Virus record (IMG/VR): IMGVR_UViG_3300045970_000382
Coordinates: 1 to 64,000 of that record
Direction: 5' to 3' (one strand)
DNA: 64,000 nucleotides
Source: a virus
Position numbers and translations under genes: made by a program. Shown in pieces: positions 27,486 through 37,985 of the stretch. The number at the start of each line of letters is the position of its first letter. The first letter of the stretch is position 1. The notes beneath the pieces were generated by a model. It saw nothing but the letters and a program-made list of their open reading frames with translations, was not told where the DNA came from and did no database searches.

Positions 27486-27772
27486 GCAAGTTAGTTCAAT
27501 ATTTAGTAGAACATGGACATTCTTGGAATGATATAAAAACCTATACTCTTTGTGAAATTGGTGTTTTTGTCCGAGAATGTAGACTAGGTGATGTATTAAA
27601 ATATGAACAAGACATCCTTATAGCTTGGTTGGGTACAAATGCGACTGGAGATTATATAAAAGATTTAGTAAAAAAACAGGATAAAAGATTAAAGAAGAAT
27701 AAAAAAATAGAAGAAGATCCAGAAGCTAAAAAGAAAGAGTGGTTAAATTTCGCAAGAGCATTTGGAAAATAA
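27410..27772 (+). CDS. -1 frameshift extension of the tail chaperone (GT-like)
   Basis: Slippery A AAA AAC at 27410-27416; -1 frame open to 27772 with LVEHGHS...YTL motif. Confidence 0.8.
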   Translation, partial: KKLRRPDQPDIQVYESQDDDSSDSIGKLVQYLVEHGHSWNDIKTYTLCEIGVFVRECRLGDVLKYEQDILIAWLGTNATGDYIKDLVKKQDKRLKKNKKIEEDPEAKKKEWLNFARAFGK

Positions 27773-27791
27773 AGTTTAGTTACAATCTTTA

Positions 27792-27822
27792 AATGAAGTA
27801 TGAAGTTGAGATAGACGATTAA
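27792..27822 (+). pseudogene. 3' remnant of a deleted endonuclease gene
   Basis: AATGAAGTATGAAGTTGAGATAGACGATTAA nearly identical to the last 31 nt of 26118-26852. Confidence 0.7.
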
Positions 27823-27896
27823 GAAAATGTTGTTTGTCGCTTTATTAAATCTACGTTATACTACAGTTTATAATCTATAAACTGGGTATAATCAAA

Positions 27897-30800
27897 ATGT
27901 CAGATACCTTAAATTCTTCTATTAATATACAGGTAACGGCTGATACTACAAAAGCTACTGAGTCTTTAACAGCGTTACTTTCCTCGTTACAAAAATCATT
28001 AGATGCATTTAATAAATTTCCTGGACAGGCAGAAATAGCTGTCAATACCATATCTGCCAGTTTTGGTAAAGTTAAGACATCTGTTGAGTCAGCTCTAGAA
28101 CCTCTTAAAAAATTAGAAGGAATGTTTAAAAGCGTATCTGAAAATTCAGGTATAAAAACTTCTTCTGTCAAAATTGTTGATGACGCTCAAGTAACAAAAG
28201 AGATAGGTAGTATTAGATCTTTAGTGGGCACTATTGATTCTGCTAAAGAAAAAATAGCAACTCTTGGAAGCGGTGATTCTTTATCGGCTTTTAATACAAA
28301 ATTAGATTTATCAGCTACAAAAGCAACTACATTAGGCAATTATCTCAAGAATGCAGTTACGCAAGGTTCTGAATTAAGAACTATCATATCTGCTGAAGTA
28401 GGTTTAGGAGTTAAACCTAATACTATGTCTGCTTGGGCTACTCTTAATCAAAACGTAAGGGATTACATTAGTAATATTATTAGAGCTAATTCTACTACTA
28501 ATGAAGGGGCTAACGCATTAGTTAATCAACAAAAACTCTTAAATATTAATAAAGGAATTATTGATAGTAACATTTCTTCTTTGTCAAAAACAGATGCTAC
28601 ATATAGTCAAATATCTACTACAGTTTCAGGATTATTATCTTTACATTTTAAACTCCTAGAAACTGAGACTAAGCAATTTAATAATGAAGCTGAAATATCT
28701 ACAGCTTTAGCAGCTAGAGCTGGAATTATTAAAACATTAGGGCAACTTCAGTCTGAATTAGCTATAAAACAGAATAGTTCTTTTGTAAATCCAGGTGATG
28801 CTGCTAAGGTTAATGAATTAGTAGCACAAGTAAATCAATTAGGTTTAGCTATAAGAGCTCCAATTTCAGCATTAAAATCATTTTCAGATGATATTAAAAA
28901 TACTGCCTCTGCCGCTTCGGATACCAGTTTAAATATTAAGAGTTTATCTTTATCATTACAGAATTATGCCAATTTAAAAGTACCTGAGGATTCTCTTGGC
29001 TTTAAACAACTGATGTCTAGATTAACTGCTCTAAGAAATGAGATAAATAAAACATCAATAAGTTTGGATGATCTTGCTAAAAATCCTGTTCTGTCTAAGG
29101 AACTAAAATTAGAAGTAGGCATACAACAGGCAGGTATAGGTATTTTATTAGAGCAATTGAATACTATAGAGCAAGGTTTTATAAAAGATGCTGACGCGGC
29201 TAAATTAGATGTTGCCGCTAAAGCCAAACTTGATGTTGCTAATAGAACTGTTGTTGAATCGGGAACAAAATTAATAGATGTTTTAACAAAACAAAAAGAA
29301 GCATTGGTTAAGGTATCAGAAGGAATTATAAAAACGGATTCAGGTACATTTATTTCTTCAAATTTAGCTGTTTCAAGAGATGCTGTAATTAAATCTATGG
29401 CAGATATTGAAGCAACAGCTCTTAAATCATCAGAACAAATAAATTTAATATTAAAGAGTATAGGAGCAAATGTTTCGTTTGAGAATCTTGCTCAATTAAA
29501 ATCTGTTTTAGGTAATTTGAAAATTGATTCTTCTGCATCAGAAGGATTAAAGGTTTTAATTCAATTAACAGAACAATATTCTTCTATTCAAAAAGAATTA
29601 GCTCTTCAAAGTAAAGCGAGTGTCTTTACAATACCAGTAGGTTCAGTTCAACAATTTAGTCAATTTACAAGACAAATACGAGATTTGGATAGTCAGTTTA
29701 GTCAACTTGGAGTGAATATCAATCATGTTATGAGTGGTGATGTTCCTGTAGAGTTGTTTAATAAGATGAGTAATGCTGCTAAGAATAGTTCTATGTCAAT
29801 TAGAGCATCTATGGTTAATGTAGAGACAATTCTTAAACAAGTAAAAGATAGTTTTGGTCAGTCTTTAGCAGGTGGAATTGGAATGACTGCTACCTTTGAC
29901 ACTTCTCAAGCTACTTCTGCTTTAAAATCTTTATTAACAACTTTAACTACTGTTAAAGAACAAATTGATAAATTGGGTCAAAATTCAACAATGTTGGATC
30001 CTCTTATTGATAAATTAACTACTTTTACTAGTGAGTTATCTTTACCTATTGAAAGAATAAAAGCTTTAGAAGAAATACAGAATTTGTTAAAAACAAGTTC
30101 TTTAGGTGTAACGCAAGTTCTTGTAAGTTTTAAGGAACAATTATCTACTATATTTATATCTAATTCTTTAAAAGAATTGCCTAAGCAGTTTGAAGATATA
30201 TCTCTTCAGATTAAAGGATTAATACAAGAAACAGAACTTCTTAATCAAATATCTTCTAAATCAAATAAAAAAGGTTCTTATGTTGATTATCAAATGGAAT
30301 TGCTTCAGTTAAAAGAATTAAATAAAGATTCTTTAGAAGCTTCAAAATCTGTAGATATTCTTATTAAAAATCTAATGTCTATAGGAAAAACTCCTGCTGG
30401 AAAACAACAAATATTTACTGAATTACAAAACCAAGTTAATGGATTAAAAGTTGCTTTTGAACAGAAATTTGATGTAAAAATAGATATGACTAATGCAGAA
30501 TCTGCATTTAAAACTATTATAGAGCAGTATATTCTTTTAAAAGATAAGATCCAAAGTAATACTGTAAAAATAAAAATGGATACTGCTCAAGTAACTGAGG
30601 CAGCAAAATCTACATCAATATCTGGAGATGCAATATTTCAAGCTACAGGGTTGCATAATACCATGCGAGCTTTAACGGAGGAAGGATCTTTATTATCAAA
30701 AGGAATAAGAAATTATTTTACATCAATTGCTGATGGATTAAAAATTGGTAAAGCATCTGTTATGGATTTTGAAAAAGGTTTGGTTTCATTAGAAGATGAG

Positions 30801-33800
30801 TTAGTACGATTAAGGTCAGGTGTTGTTACATGGTCAATGGGTATTATGATGATGGGTCAGGCTGTATTTGCTCCATTTGTATCCGCTGTTAAAGGTTTTG
30901 CTGATTTTGGCGACACTATGAAAATGGTTCAAGCTGTTTCTGAATCTACAGATGCTAAATTACAGGCTTTAACTGAGACTACTTTACAATTAACTTCTGC
31001 ATCACGTTTTGATCCTAAATCTGCATCAGAAGGTTTACTTGAACTTGCTAGAGCAGGTTATTCTGCAAATGAAGCTATAGCAGCATTGCCTATTGTCTTG
31101 CGTATGGCACAAGCTGGAGCACTTGCAGTAGGTGAATCTGCTGTTATTACTTCACATTTAATGAATACATTTCAATTAGGAATTGAAGAGACAGGTAAAG
31201 TAACAGATATTTTAGTTAAGGCCGCAAATGAATCTACAGCCAATGTTTCAGATTTAGGTCATGCTTTTACTTATGTAGGTGCTTTAGCTAAAGGTTTTGG
31301 AGTTTCAATGGAAGAAACTGTGGGAGCTATTGGTGCAATGGCTAATATGGGTTTTACCGGGTGTTATGATGACCAAACTGAAATTTTAACTAGAACTAGA
31401 GGATTTCAATTATTTAAAGATTTAATTCCAAATGAAGAAGTAATGACCATTAACAAAGATACTTTGGTTATGGAATGGCAGGCTATAGAAGATCAAGTTT
31501 GGAGATATAGTCTTAATGATTCTCCTATGTTCCATATTAAGACAAAATCTTTAGATTTGAATGTTACACCTAATCATCGTATGTTTATTGAAACATACGC
31601 GGGAATTCGTAAAATAGTTTTAGCTGAAGATTTTAAAGAAGGAAAGTTTTTTAGAGCTGGTGTTTGGGAAGGTGTAGCTAATCCAATTTTTGTGTTGCCA
31701 GGATTAGAGCAAAATAGATCATCTCATATTAAAGTAATTCCAGATTTAGAAGTTGATATGGTAGATTGGGTTAAATTTTTAGCTTGGTATCTATCAGAAG
31801 GATCTTTACATCATGATACTAAGGGTAATTACAGAATAAGAATTACACAGAGCAAAGAAGCTAATCCTGAAAAATGTAAGATATTAGAAGATCTTTTTGA
31901 AAGACTTCCTTTTCATTTTAATTCTGATGGTAGAATAAATTATGGTTGTTATAATCAACAACTCTATGTTGAATTAGAAAAATATGGTAAAGGTTTTGCC
32001 AATAAAATTATCCCACAATATGTTAAAGATTTACCAGCTTCATATTTACAAGAATTTTATGAAAGTTATAAGTTAGGTGATGGTGATAAACAAGGAACTT
32101 TATATACATCTGGAAAACAGTTAGCTGAAGATTTATATGAAATAGTTGTTAAATCAGGTTACGCTGCACAACTTAAATTATTATATTCTGCAGGGACTGA
32201 GACTTTTAGTAAATCTTGGGATAGATCTCATGTTGCAACTAAAGATGGTTATGCTATCTATGTTAGTAAACATCATATAACTCCTTGGGTTTCTTTATGG
32301 AGACAAGATAAAGTATTAGAAACAACTTCTAATAAAATAGGTTATGAAAATTATACGGGCTTTGTTTACTGCGTAACGGTTCCAAATTCTATTGTTTTAG
32401 TAAGAAGAAATGGTAAGAGTGTTTTTTGTGGTAACTCCATGGCCGGGACTGCACTTCGTGGTATGTTAGAGCATTTGTTTAATCCAACTAAAGATGAAGC
32501 CAAATTAATGGATGAACTTGGAAAAAGAATTGGTGGTGTAGGTTTACAAATTAAAGATTCAGAAGGAAGTTTTATAGGGTTTGCTAATATTATTAGGCAA
32601 TTAGAAAAAGCAGGTTTTACTTCTGCAGAAGCTTTGAGATTGTTTGGACAAAGAGCTGGCCCAGGTGTTGCAGCCATGATGAAATTGGGTTCTGCTGGTT
32701 TAGATGAATTTAATTCTAAGATGTATACGGCAGAAGGAACTGCTGGAGCTATGTCACAAATGATGGAGTCATCTTTACAAGGACGGTTTGAACTGATGAC
32801 TAGAGCTATTCAGAGTTTTAGTATGGCTCTTGCTCAAAATTTAGAAGCTCCATTGAAGATGGCTGCGGATGCAATAACTACTGTTGTTGTTGCTTTCCAT
32901 AATTTTCATACGGCATTAGGGCCAGTTGCTCAAGTATTAGATACTATAGCGGCATCATTAGCAGGTTTTATGGCTGTTGCTGGATCAGCAACATTCGCAT
33001 GGTTCTTGATGGTTGTTCCTGTTACTCAGTTTTTAGGGTTTGTAAGATTGTTAGTTGCTGTGATGGAAGTAGGTAAAACATCTTTATTGACTAATGCGGC
33101 TGCGGGTCAGGTTTTAGCTGCACAACAGATGGAACAGATTGCTGTTTTAACAGGAGTTACTATTCAGACTAAAGCTGCTACTATTGTTACAGAATTAAAT
33201 ACTATAGCTAAAATTCAGAATAATGAAGCAACAATAGCTCAAGGTTTAGCTGAAATGAGAACTGCTTTAATGGCTCAAGGTCTTACTACTGCTCAAATAG
33301 AACAGACTATGGCTATGACAGCAAATAGTATTGCTATGGCTAGAGATTCTGAAGCTGCTCTGTTGTTAGCTAAGAATACCGCTATTGCTGATCTAGCTAA
33401 TAGAGGATTTTTTGCTACATTGGGTGCTTTTGGTAAGATGATGTTAAGTCAACTTGCATCAGGTTTAGCTGCTCTTGGGACTTATGTTATAAATGCAGTT
33501 AAATCTATATATACTCTTGTTGTGGCTCAGGGGGTTTTAGGAACTGCAAGTATAGGTTTATCTGGAATACTTACTTATTTACAGGCAGCCCTCATTCGTG
33601 TAAGTGTTGCTGCTACTACTGCTTGGACAGCTTTAATGGGACCTATAGGAATTGGAATAGCTGCATTAGCTCTTTTAGGTGCTGCTATTTATGGAATTTA
33701 TCTGTCAATGACAGAAGTTGAACGTGCCAAAGAAGATGCACTAAAATTTGATAAAGAGTCAGAATCAATTAAGAAATATGCAGGTGATATTAAAGATGCT

Positions 33801-36800
33801 AAAGCTGAATTAAAAGATTTACTAGTAACTAGATTAGAAGGTGAAATTGAAACTCCTAATATAGTTTTAGATAAAAGTAATATTGAAAAAACAATTCAAC
33901 AATTTGCTAAATTAGAACAAGATGCACTTAAACATGGTAATACTGACATTGCTCTTGAATACAAATTTAATTTAGAAACTAATTCACAAGATGTTGCTCT
34001 TAGATTTAAGGATCAATTAATACCTATTATAGAGGCAGGTAAAGCTTTACCAGCAGGTATTAAACAAGTAATGGATGCATACGATACATCTGCAATAGAT
34101 TCTAAAGCAGAAATTTTGGATAAATCACTTAAAAATTTTGGAATAATTCTTACTGATGGAGTAAAGACTCAAGGTATTTTAATTACTGCATTTCATAAAC
34201 TTTTTAATATTCCTATTACTTTAGATTCTGGACAACAACAAAAGTTAGTTGAAGTTATAGATCAAAATAAGTTAATGTTTTCAAAATGGTATGAAAGTCA
34301 GAAACAGACCGTTGAAGATTTTAGTAATCTTAAAACAGCAGAAGTGCTTAGAAAATATTGGATTGATATTTACGGAAGCTCTAGTTCTATTCCAAAAACA
34401 GTAGTAGAAGAAACAAAAAGCTCTTTAACAGTATTAGTAGAAGAAATAAGAAATACTGAAGCTAAGTTAAAAAATCATAAACCTTTACAAGTGTCTTTAG
34501 TTAATTTGGCTAAAAATTCTGATGATTTTAAAGCTGGATTAGTAGAATTTGATAATGGATATGATGAAGCTACTAAGAAAATGGCAGACAAATTTAAAAC
34601 AGGTTTTGATGCTGCGGGTAAGTATCTTACAGAGTTTACTGCTATAAATTCGGAAGCATCTAAAGATCAAATAAGAACTTTAGAAAGTGCCAGTACTGAA
34701 CGTTTGGCACTTGCTAAGAAAGATGCGGATATGACTGGTACTTTTGAAGTTCTTACTTCTCAAGAATTAAGAAAGACAACCACTGAAAAGACTAAAATAC
34801 TTATTGATGGACTTAAAATAATAGAAGATGTTAAAAAGAGTATGATGGATTCATCACAAGGACTTGGCCCAGAACTTAAAATAGAAGCTGAAAAAGGTTT
34901 TATTGAAGTATTAGGTCAAGAAAAAACTGTGTATCAAGATTCGGTAGCTTCTATGATTGCTGAATCTGCTAAATTAGCAGATATTATTAATGGTTTAGAA
35001 AAAAATTATAGAACGTTTCATGAAAGTATTTTAGCTTCTCAGGTTAAACTTACGAAAGATGCTTGTGAAACTGATCTTACAACAGAGTCTGCTAGTTTAG
35101 AAGCTAAAAAGAAAATAGATGAGGCTAAATTAGCTTTTACAGCCGGAAATTATGCTGATGAATTTAAATTGGCTCAAGAAGCTAAAGCAAAATTAGATGC
35201 TATAGATGCTACTACTGTTCAATCTTTTAGTACACAAGAAAAAAAGCAAATTTTTGACCAATATACAGAAATAGATAAATTAGCAAAACAAAGTGCAGAC
35301 ACATCTATTGCTAAACATAAGGAAGAACAAGATGCATTACAAAAAGCCATAGGAGAAACTAATAAAGTCATTCAATCTATGTCTGTTAATATGAGTCAAG
35401 TTGGAACTAGCATTGAAGGTAGTGTTAATAAGATGACTGAAGCTGTTAATAATTTACTTACAGCTCTTGCAGAAGTAGCTAAAGCAAAAGGTTTTGATAT
35501 AAATCCAGCTACTCATGCTCTTACATTAGATGATGATTTAAAAAAATTACAAGCATCTCTTAGAGTTGCAGAAGTTATTAGAAATAAGTTAGTTGATATT
35601 ACTAAGATTTTTGATGAAACAGGTAAACTAACAGGAGAACAGGAATCGTTAGAATATTTAAAAACATTAGATAATGCTTTTACTGATCTTCATAAAGCAT
35701 CTATTAATGTTTTTGAAGAATTTAAGAAAGAAGGGGAAGATTTTAATTTACAGCCAGCAACAACATCTTTGGATATTTTTAAAAACAAGTTAGGTGAGAA
35801 TAAAAAAGCACAGGAAGATTTATTAATTATACTTCGTACAACTGCTAATGAACCTGGTATTTCACCACAAATGAAAACAGGTATAGAAGCTCAAATAGCA
35901 GAAGTTGAAAAATTTAAAAATGTAATTACTAATGATTTAAATACTCTTAGTCTTTTAGATCCATCAAAATTTGACCAAGATAAAGAAAAATTTAGAGCTA
36001 TTTTAGATGCTATAAGAATAGATTTTACTAAGTTTACAGAACATACTTATGTTGTTAATGTAGATGTTGCTGATAATCTTTTAGTTGCTGGTTTAGATAG
36101 AATAAAAGCAAAATTAAAGACTGTTGTCAGTACTCAAGATTTAATAGGTTATAAAGATGAATTAACTGCTCTACTTCAACAGTCTGTAGATCAAGGATTA
36201 AATCCTACTTTAATAAAAAGTACAAGAACTCTTCTTAATGTTGTTAAAGAAACTATTTCTACTATGGCAGGTATTGAACCTAAAATTGGAAAAAGTCCTA
36301 ATCCTACCAAAGTTAATGTTGAAAAACAGGCACAACCAATAGATACTGTAGAAAATACTAATAAAAATATCGTTGCTATTAAAGAAGAAAATGATGTTTA
36401 CACTAAAAATAGACTTGCTATTCAAGGATCAATTGATACAAGTAAACAAATTGCTGGTTTAGAAATTAAAAATACTGATGCTGTTAAAGAAGAAACAAAA
36501 GCTGTAGATGAATTATCTCAAGCTCAATTGAATAATAGAAAGATTAAAGAAGATTTAGCTAAAGTAGAAAGAGGTACAAGTACTGAAGGTAATAAAAACT
36601 ATTCGTGGATGAAACCTGTTATAGAACAGACTCAAATATTTGAGGATGTTTGGAATGGCATGACTAAAAGTGTTGAAACTTTCTCAAAACAAGATTTTAA
36701 AATTGATTTAGATTTAACTGATATAAAAAATACAGAAGATGCAGAAGATAAAGTTAAACAAATAGAAGAAGGATTAAGATTAGTTGCCAAGGCTAAAGAA

Positions 36801-37529
36801 GAAGTTAATGGTAAAAAAATGGATCCAGAAAATCTTAAAGCTTATGCTGATAGACTAACTGATTTAGAAACAGCCTACACTGATGCTTTATCTAAATTAG
36901 ATAAACCTTTAACTCCTGAAGTTAAGGCTACTTCTTTAAATGAAACCACTTTTAGCTTAGAAAATATGGTTAATATGCTCAATTCTTTGAAGTCTGAACA
37001 AGTAGGCATACCTGTAGAAGTTTTTGATAAAGCAACTAGTGTTGTAGAAAGTATCCAAGCTAGTGTGGATCAATTACACGGTAAAACTTTAGATATTATA
37101 GTGAATAAAGTATCAGGAAATAGTATTGGTGGATTAATTAGCTATTTTACTGAAGGTGGTAATGTTTTTAATAGACCAAGTTATTCGGTAGTACCAGGTT
37201 CAGGGGATGGTGATAAAGTGCCAGCCATGCTTGAGGCTAATGAATTTGTTTTACGAAAATCATCTGTACAAAAATTTGGTGTACCTTTCTTGAATAATAT
37301 TAATGCGGGTATTTTGAAACTTCAATCAGGTGGATTGGTTTCTGGATTTGATCTTAATTCTATACAAGGTTTAAATGATAGTTCTTTTAATAAAGGAAAA
37401 GATGGTAAAATTCTTGACGAAGTTAATGTTAATTTACAAGTAGGTAACCATCCAGTTCCTTTTGTAATGAAATCTAATAGAGAAACAGCTAATGAATTAT
37501 TAGCCGTTCTTAAAAATGTGGGGTTGTAA
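27897..37529 (+). CDS. Tape measure protein (TP901-type core) containing an intein
   Basis: 3210 aa, helical; LARAG, AANES, G..GS.AGT.LR, LFGQRAG motifs; C-terminal VPG.G.GD.VPAML..NEFV. Confidence 0.93.
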   Translation: MSDTLNSSINIQVTADTTKATESLTALLSSLQKSLDAFNKFPGQAEIAVNTISASFGKVKTSVESALEPLKKLEGMFKSVSENSGIKTSSVKIVDDAQVTKEIGSIRSLVGTIDSAKEKIATLGSGDSLSAFNTKLDLSATKATTLGNYLKNAVTQGSELRTIISAEVGLGVKPNTMSAWATLNQNVRDYISNIIRANSTTNEGANALVNQQKLLNINKGIIDSNISSLSKTDATYSQISTTVSGLLSLHFKLLETETKQFNNEAEISTALAARAGIIKTLGQLQSELAIKQNSSFVNPGDAAKVNELVAQVNQLGLAIRAPISALKSFSDDIKNTASAASDTSLNIKSLSLSLQNYANLKVPEDSLGFKQLMSRLTALRNEINKTSISLDDLAKNPVLSKELKLEVGIQQAGIGILLEQLNTIEQGFIKDADAAKLDVAAKAKLDVANRTVVESGTKLIDVLTKQKEALVKVSEGIIKTDSGTFISSNLAVSRDAVIKSMADIEATALKSSEQINLILKSIGANVSFENLAQLKSVLGNLKIDSSASEGLKVLIQLTEQYSSIQKELALQSKASVFTIPVGSVQQFSQFTRQIRDLDSQFSQLGVNINHVMSGDVPVELFNKMSNAAKNSSMSIRASMVNVETILKQVKDSFGQSLAGGIGMTATFDTSQATSALKSLLTTLTTVKEQIDKLGQNSTMLDPLIDKLTTFTSELSLPIERIKALEEIQNLLKTSSLGVTQVLVSFKEQLSTIFISNSLKELPKQFEDISLQIKGLIQETELLNQISSKSNKKGSYVDYQMELLQLKELNKDSLEASKSVDILIKNLMSIGKTPAGKQQIFTELQNQVNGLKVAFEQKFDVKIDMTNAESAFKTIIEQYILLKDKIQSNTVKIKMDTAQVTEAAKSTSISGDAIFQATGLHNTMRALTEEGSLLSKGIRNYFTSIADGLKIGKASVMDFEKGLVSLEDELVRLRSGVVTWSMGIMMMGQAVFAPFVSAVKGFADFGDTMKMVQAVSESTDAKLQALTETTLQLTSASRFDPKSASEGLLELARAGYSANEAIAALPIVLRMAQAGALAVGESAVITSHLMNTFQLGIEETGKVTDILVKAANESTANVSDLGHAFTYVGALAKGFGVSMEETVGAIGAMANMGFTGCYDDQTEILTRTRGFQLFKDLIPNEEVMTINKDTLVMEWQAIEDQVWRYSLNDSPMFHIKTKSLDLNVTPNHRMFIETYAGIRKIVLAEDFKEGKFFRAGVWEGVANPIFVLPGLEQNRSSHIKVIPDLEVDMVDWVKFLAWYLSEGSLHHDTKGNYRIRITQSKEANPEKCKILEDLFERLPFHFNSDGRINYGCYNQQLYVELEKYGKGFANKIIPQYVKDLPASYLQEFYESYKLGDGDKQGTLYTSGKQLAEDLYEIVVKSGYAAQLKLLYSAGTETFSKSWDRSHVATKDGYAIYVSKHHITPWVSLWRQDKVLETTSNKIGYENYTGFVYCVTVPNSIVLVRRNGKSVFCGNSMAGTALRGMLEHLFNPTKDEAKLMDELGKRIGGVGLQIKDSEGSFIGFANIIRQLEKAGFTSAEALRLFGQRAGPGVAAMMKLGSAGLDEFNSKMYTAEGTAGAMSQMMESSLQGRFELMTRAIQSFSMALAQNLEAPLKMAADAITTVVVAFHNFHTALGPVAQVLDTIAASLAGFMAVAGSATFAWFLMVVPVTQFLGFVRLLVAVMEVGKTSLLTNAAAGQVLAAQQMEQIAVLTGVTIQTKAATIVTELNTIAKIQNNEATIAQGLAEMRTALMAQGLTTAQIEQTMAMTANSIAMARDSEAALLLAKNTAIADLANRGFFATLGAFGKMMLSQLASGLAALGTYVINAVKSIYTLVVAQGVLGTASIGLSGILTYLQAALIRVSVAATTAWTALMGPIGIGIAALALLGAAIYGIYLSMTEVERAKEDALKFDKESESIKKYAGDIKDAKAELKDLLVTRLEGEIETPNIVLDKSNIEKTIQQFAKLEQDALKHGNTDIALEYKFNLETNSQDVALRFKDQLIPIIEAGKALPAGIKQVMDAYDTSAIDSKAEILDKSLKNFGIILTDGVKTQGILITAFHKLFNIPITLDSGQQQKLVEVIDQNKLMFSKWYESQKQTVEDFSNLKTAEVLRKYWIDIYGSSSSIPKTVVEETKSSLTVLVEEIRNTEAKLKNHKPLQVSLVNLAKNSDDFKAGLVEFDNGYDEATKKMADKFKTGFDAAGKYLTEFTAINSEASKDQIRTLESASTERLALAKKDADMTGTFEVLTSQELRKTTTEKTKILIDGLKIIEDVKKSMMDSSQGLGPELKIEAEKGFIEVLGQEKTVYQDSVASMIAESAKLADIINGLEKNYRTFHESILASQVKLTKDACETDLTTESASLEAKKKIDEAKLAFTAGNYADEFKLAQEAKAKLDAIDATTVQSFSTQEKKQIFDQYTEIDKLAKQSADTSIAKHKEEQDALQKAIGETNKVIQSMSVNMSQVGTSIEGSVNKMTEAVNNLLTALAEVAKAKGFDINPATHALTLDDDLKKLQASLRVAEVIRNKLVDITKIFDETGKLTGEQESLEYLKTLDNAFTDLHKASINVFEEFKKEGEDFNLQPATTSLDIFKNKLGENKKAQEDLLIILRTTANEPGISPQMKTGIEAQIAEVEKFKNVITNDLNTLSLLDPSKFDQDKEKFRAILDAIRIDFTKFTEHTYVVNVDVADNLLVAGLDRIKAKLKTVVSTQDLIGYKDELTALLQQSVDQGLNPTLIKSTRTLLNVVKETISTMAGIEPKIGKSPNPTKVNVEKQAQPIDTVENTNKNIVAIKEENDVYTKNRLAIQGSIDTSKQIAGLEIKNTDAVKEETKAVDELSQAQLNNRKIKEDLAKVERGTSTEGNKNYSWMKPVIEQTQIFEDVWNGMTKSVETFSKQDFKIDLDLTDIKNTEDAEDKVKQIEEGLRLVAKAKEEVNGKKMDPENLKAYADRLTDLETAYTDALSKLDKPLTPEVKATSLNETTFSLENMVNMLNSLKSEQVGIPVEVFDKATSVVESIQASVDQLHGKTLDIIVNKVSGNSIGGLISYFTEGGNVFNRPSYSVVPGSGDGDKVPAMLEANEFVLRKSSVQKFGVPFLNNINAGILKLQSGGLVSGFDLNSIQGLNDSSFNKGKDGKILDEVNVNLQVGNHPVPFVMKSNRETANELLAVLKNVGL
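31362..32435 (+). mobile_element. Intein (358 aa) with LAGLIDADG-like domain in the tape measure
   Basis: GFTG|CYDDQTEILT, VTPNHRM, FLAWYLSEG, VYCVTVPN..VLVRRNGK..FCGN|SMAGT. Confidence 0.93.
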
Positions 37530-37532
37530 GTA

Positions 37533-37922
37533 ATGGCGGAAGCATTTGTAGTTAAAATTGGGTCGTTGATTCTAAACCCTGAGATTGTCTGGGAAGACAA
37601 ATCTAAATGGGTACCTATATATCAGGGCAGCGCACTTACATTGGGTGGTAAAACTATTATTCAGGCTATAGCCGCTGTTAATGGTAGGCCGGTGACTCTT
37701 ACAGCAACACAGACTCAAGGTTGGCTGACGCTAACCCAAGTAAATGCTCTATTAGTAATGGCGGCTGTGCCTGGGGCTGTTTATGTTTTTCAGTATGGAT
37801 CATTCACTACCAATGTGATGTTTAGGAGTCACGAACCACCCGCTGTTGAAATGACTCCTTTAGTAGATGGAGCAGAACCCTGTACCTATCATTCAGGTAC
37901 TATTAAGTTGATAACGATATAA
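37533..37922 (+). CDS. Tail tip/distal tail protein (putative)
   Basis: Directly after TMP; GRPVTL...GWL pattern. Confidence 0.6.
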   Translation: MAEAFVVKIGSLILNPEIVWEDKSKWVPIYQGSALTLGGKTIIQAIAAVNGRPVTLTATQTQGWLTLTQVNALLVMAAVPGAVYVFQYGSFTTNVMFRSHEPPAVEMTPLVDGAEPCTYHSGTIKLITI

Positions 37923-37985
37923 CCTGTTATTTTAAATTGTAAAAGTATATAATATACATTTACTTAAAATACAATAGGTTATATT

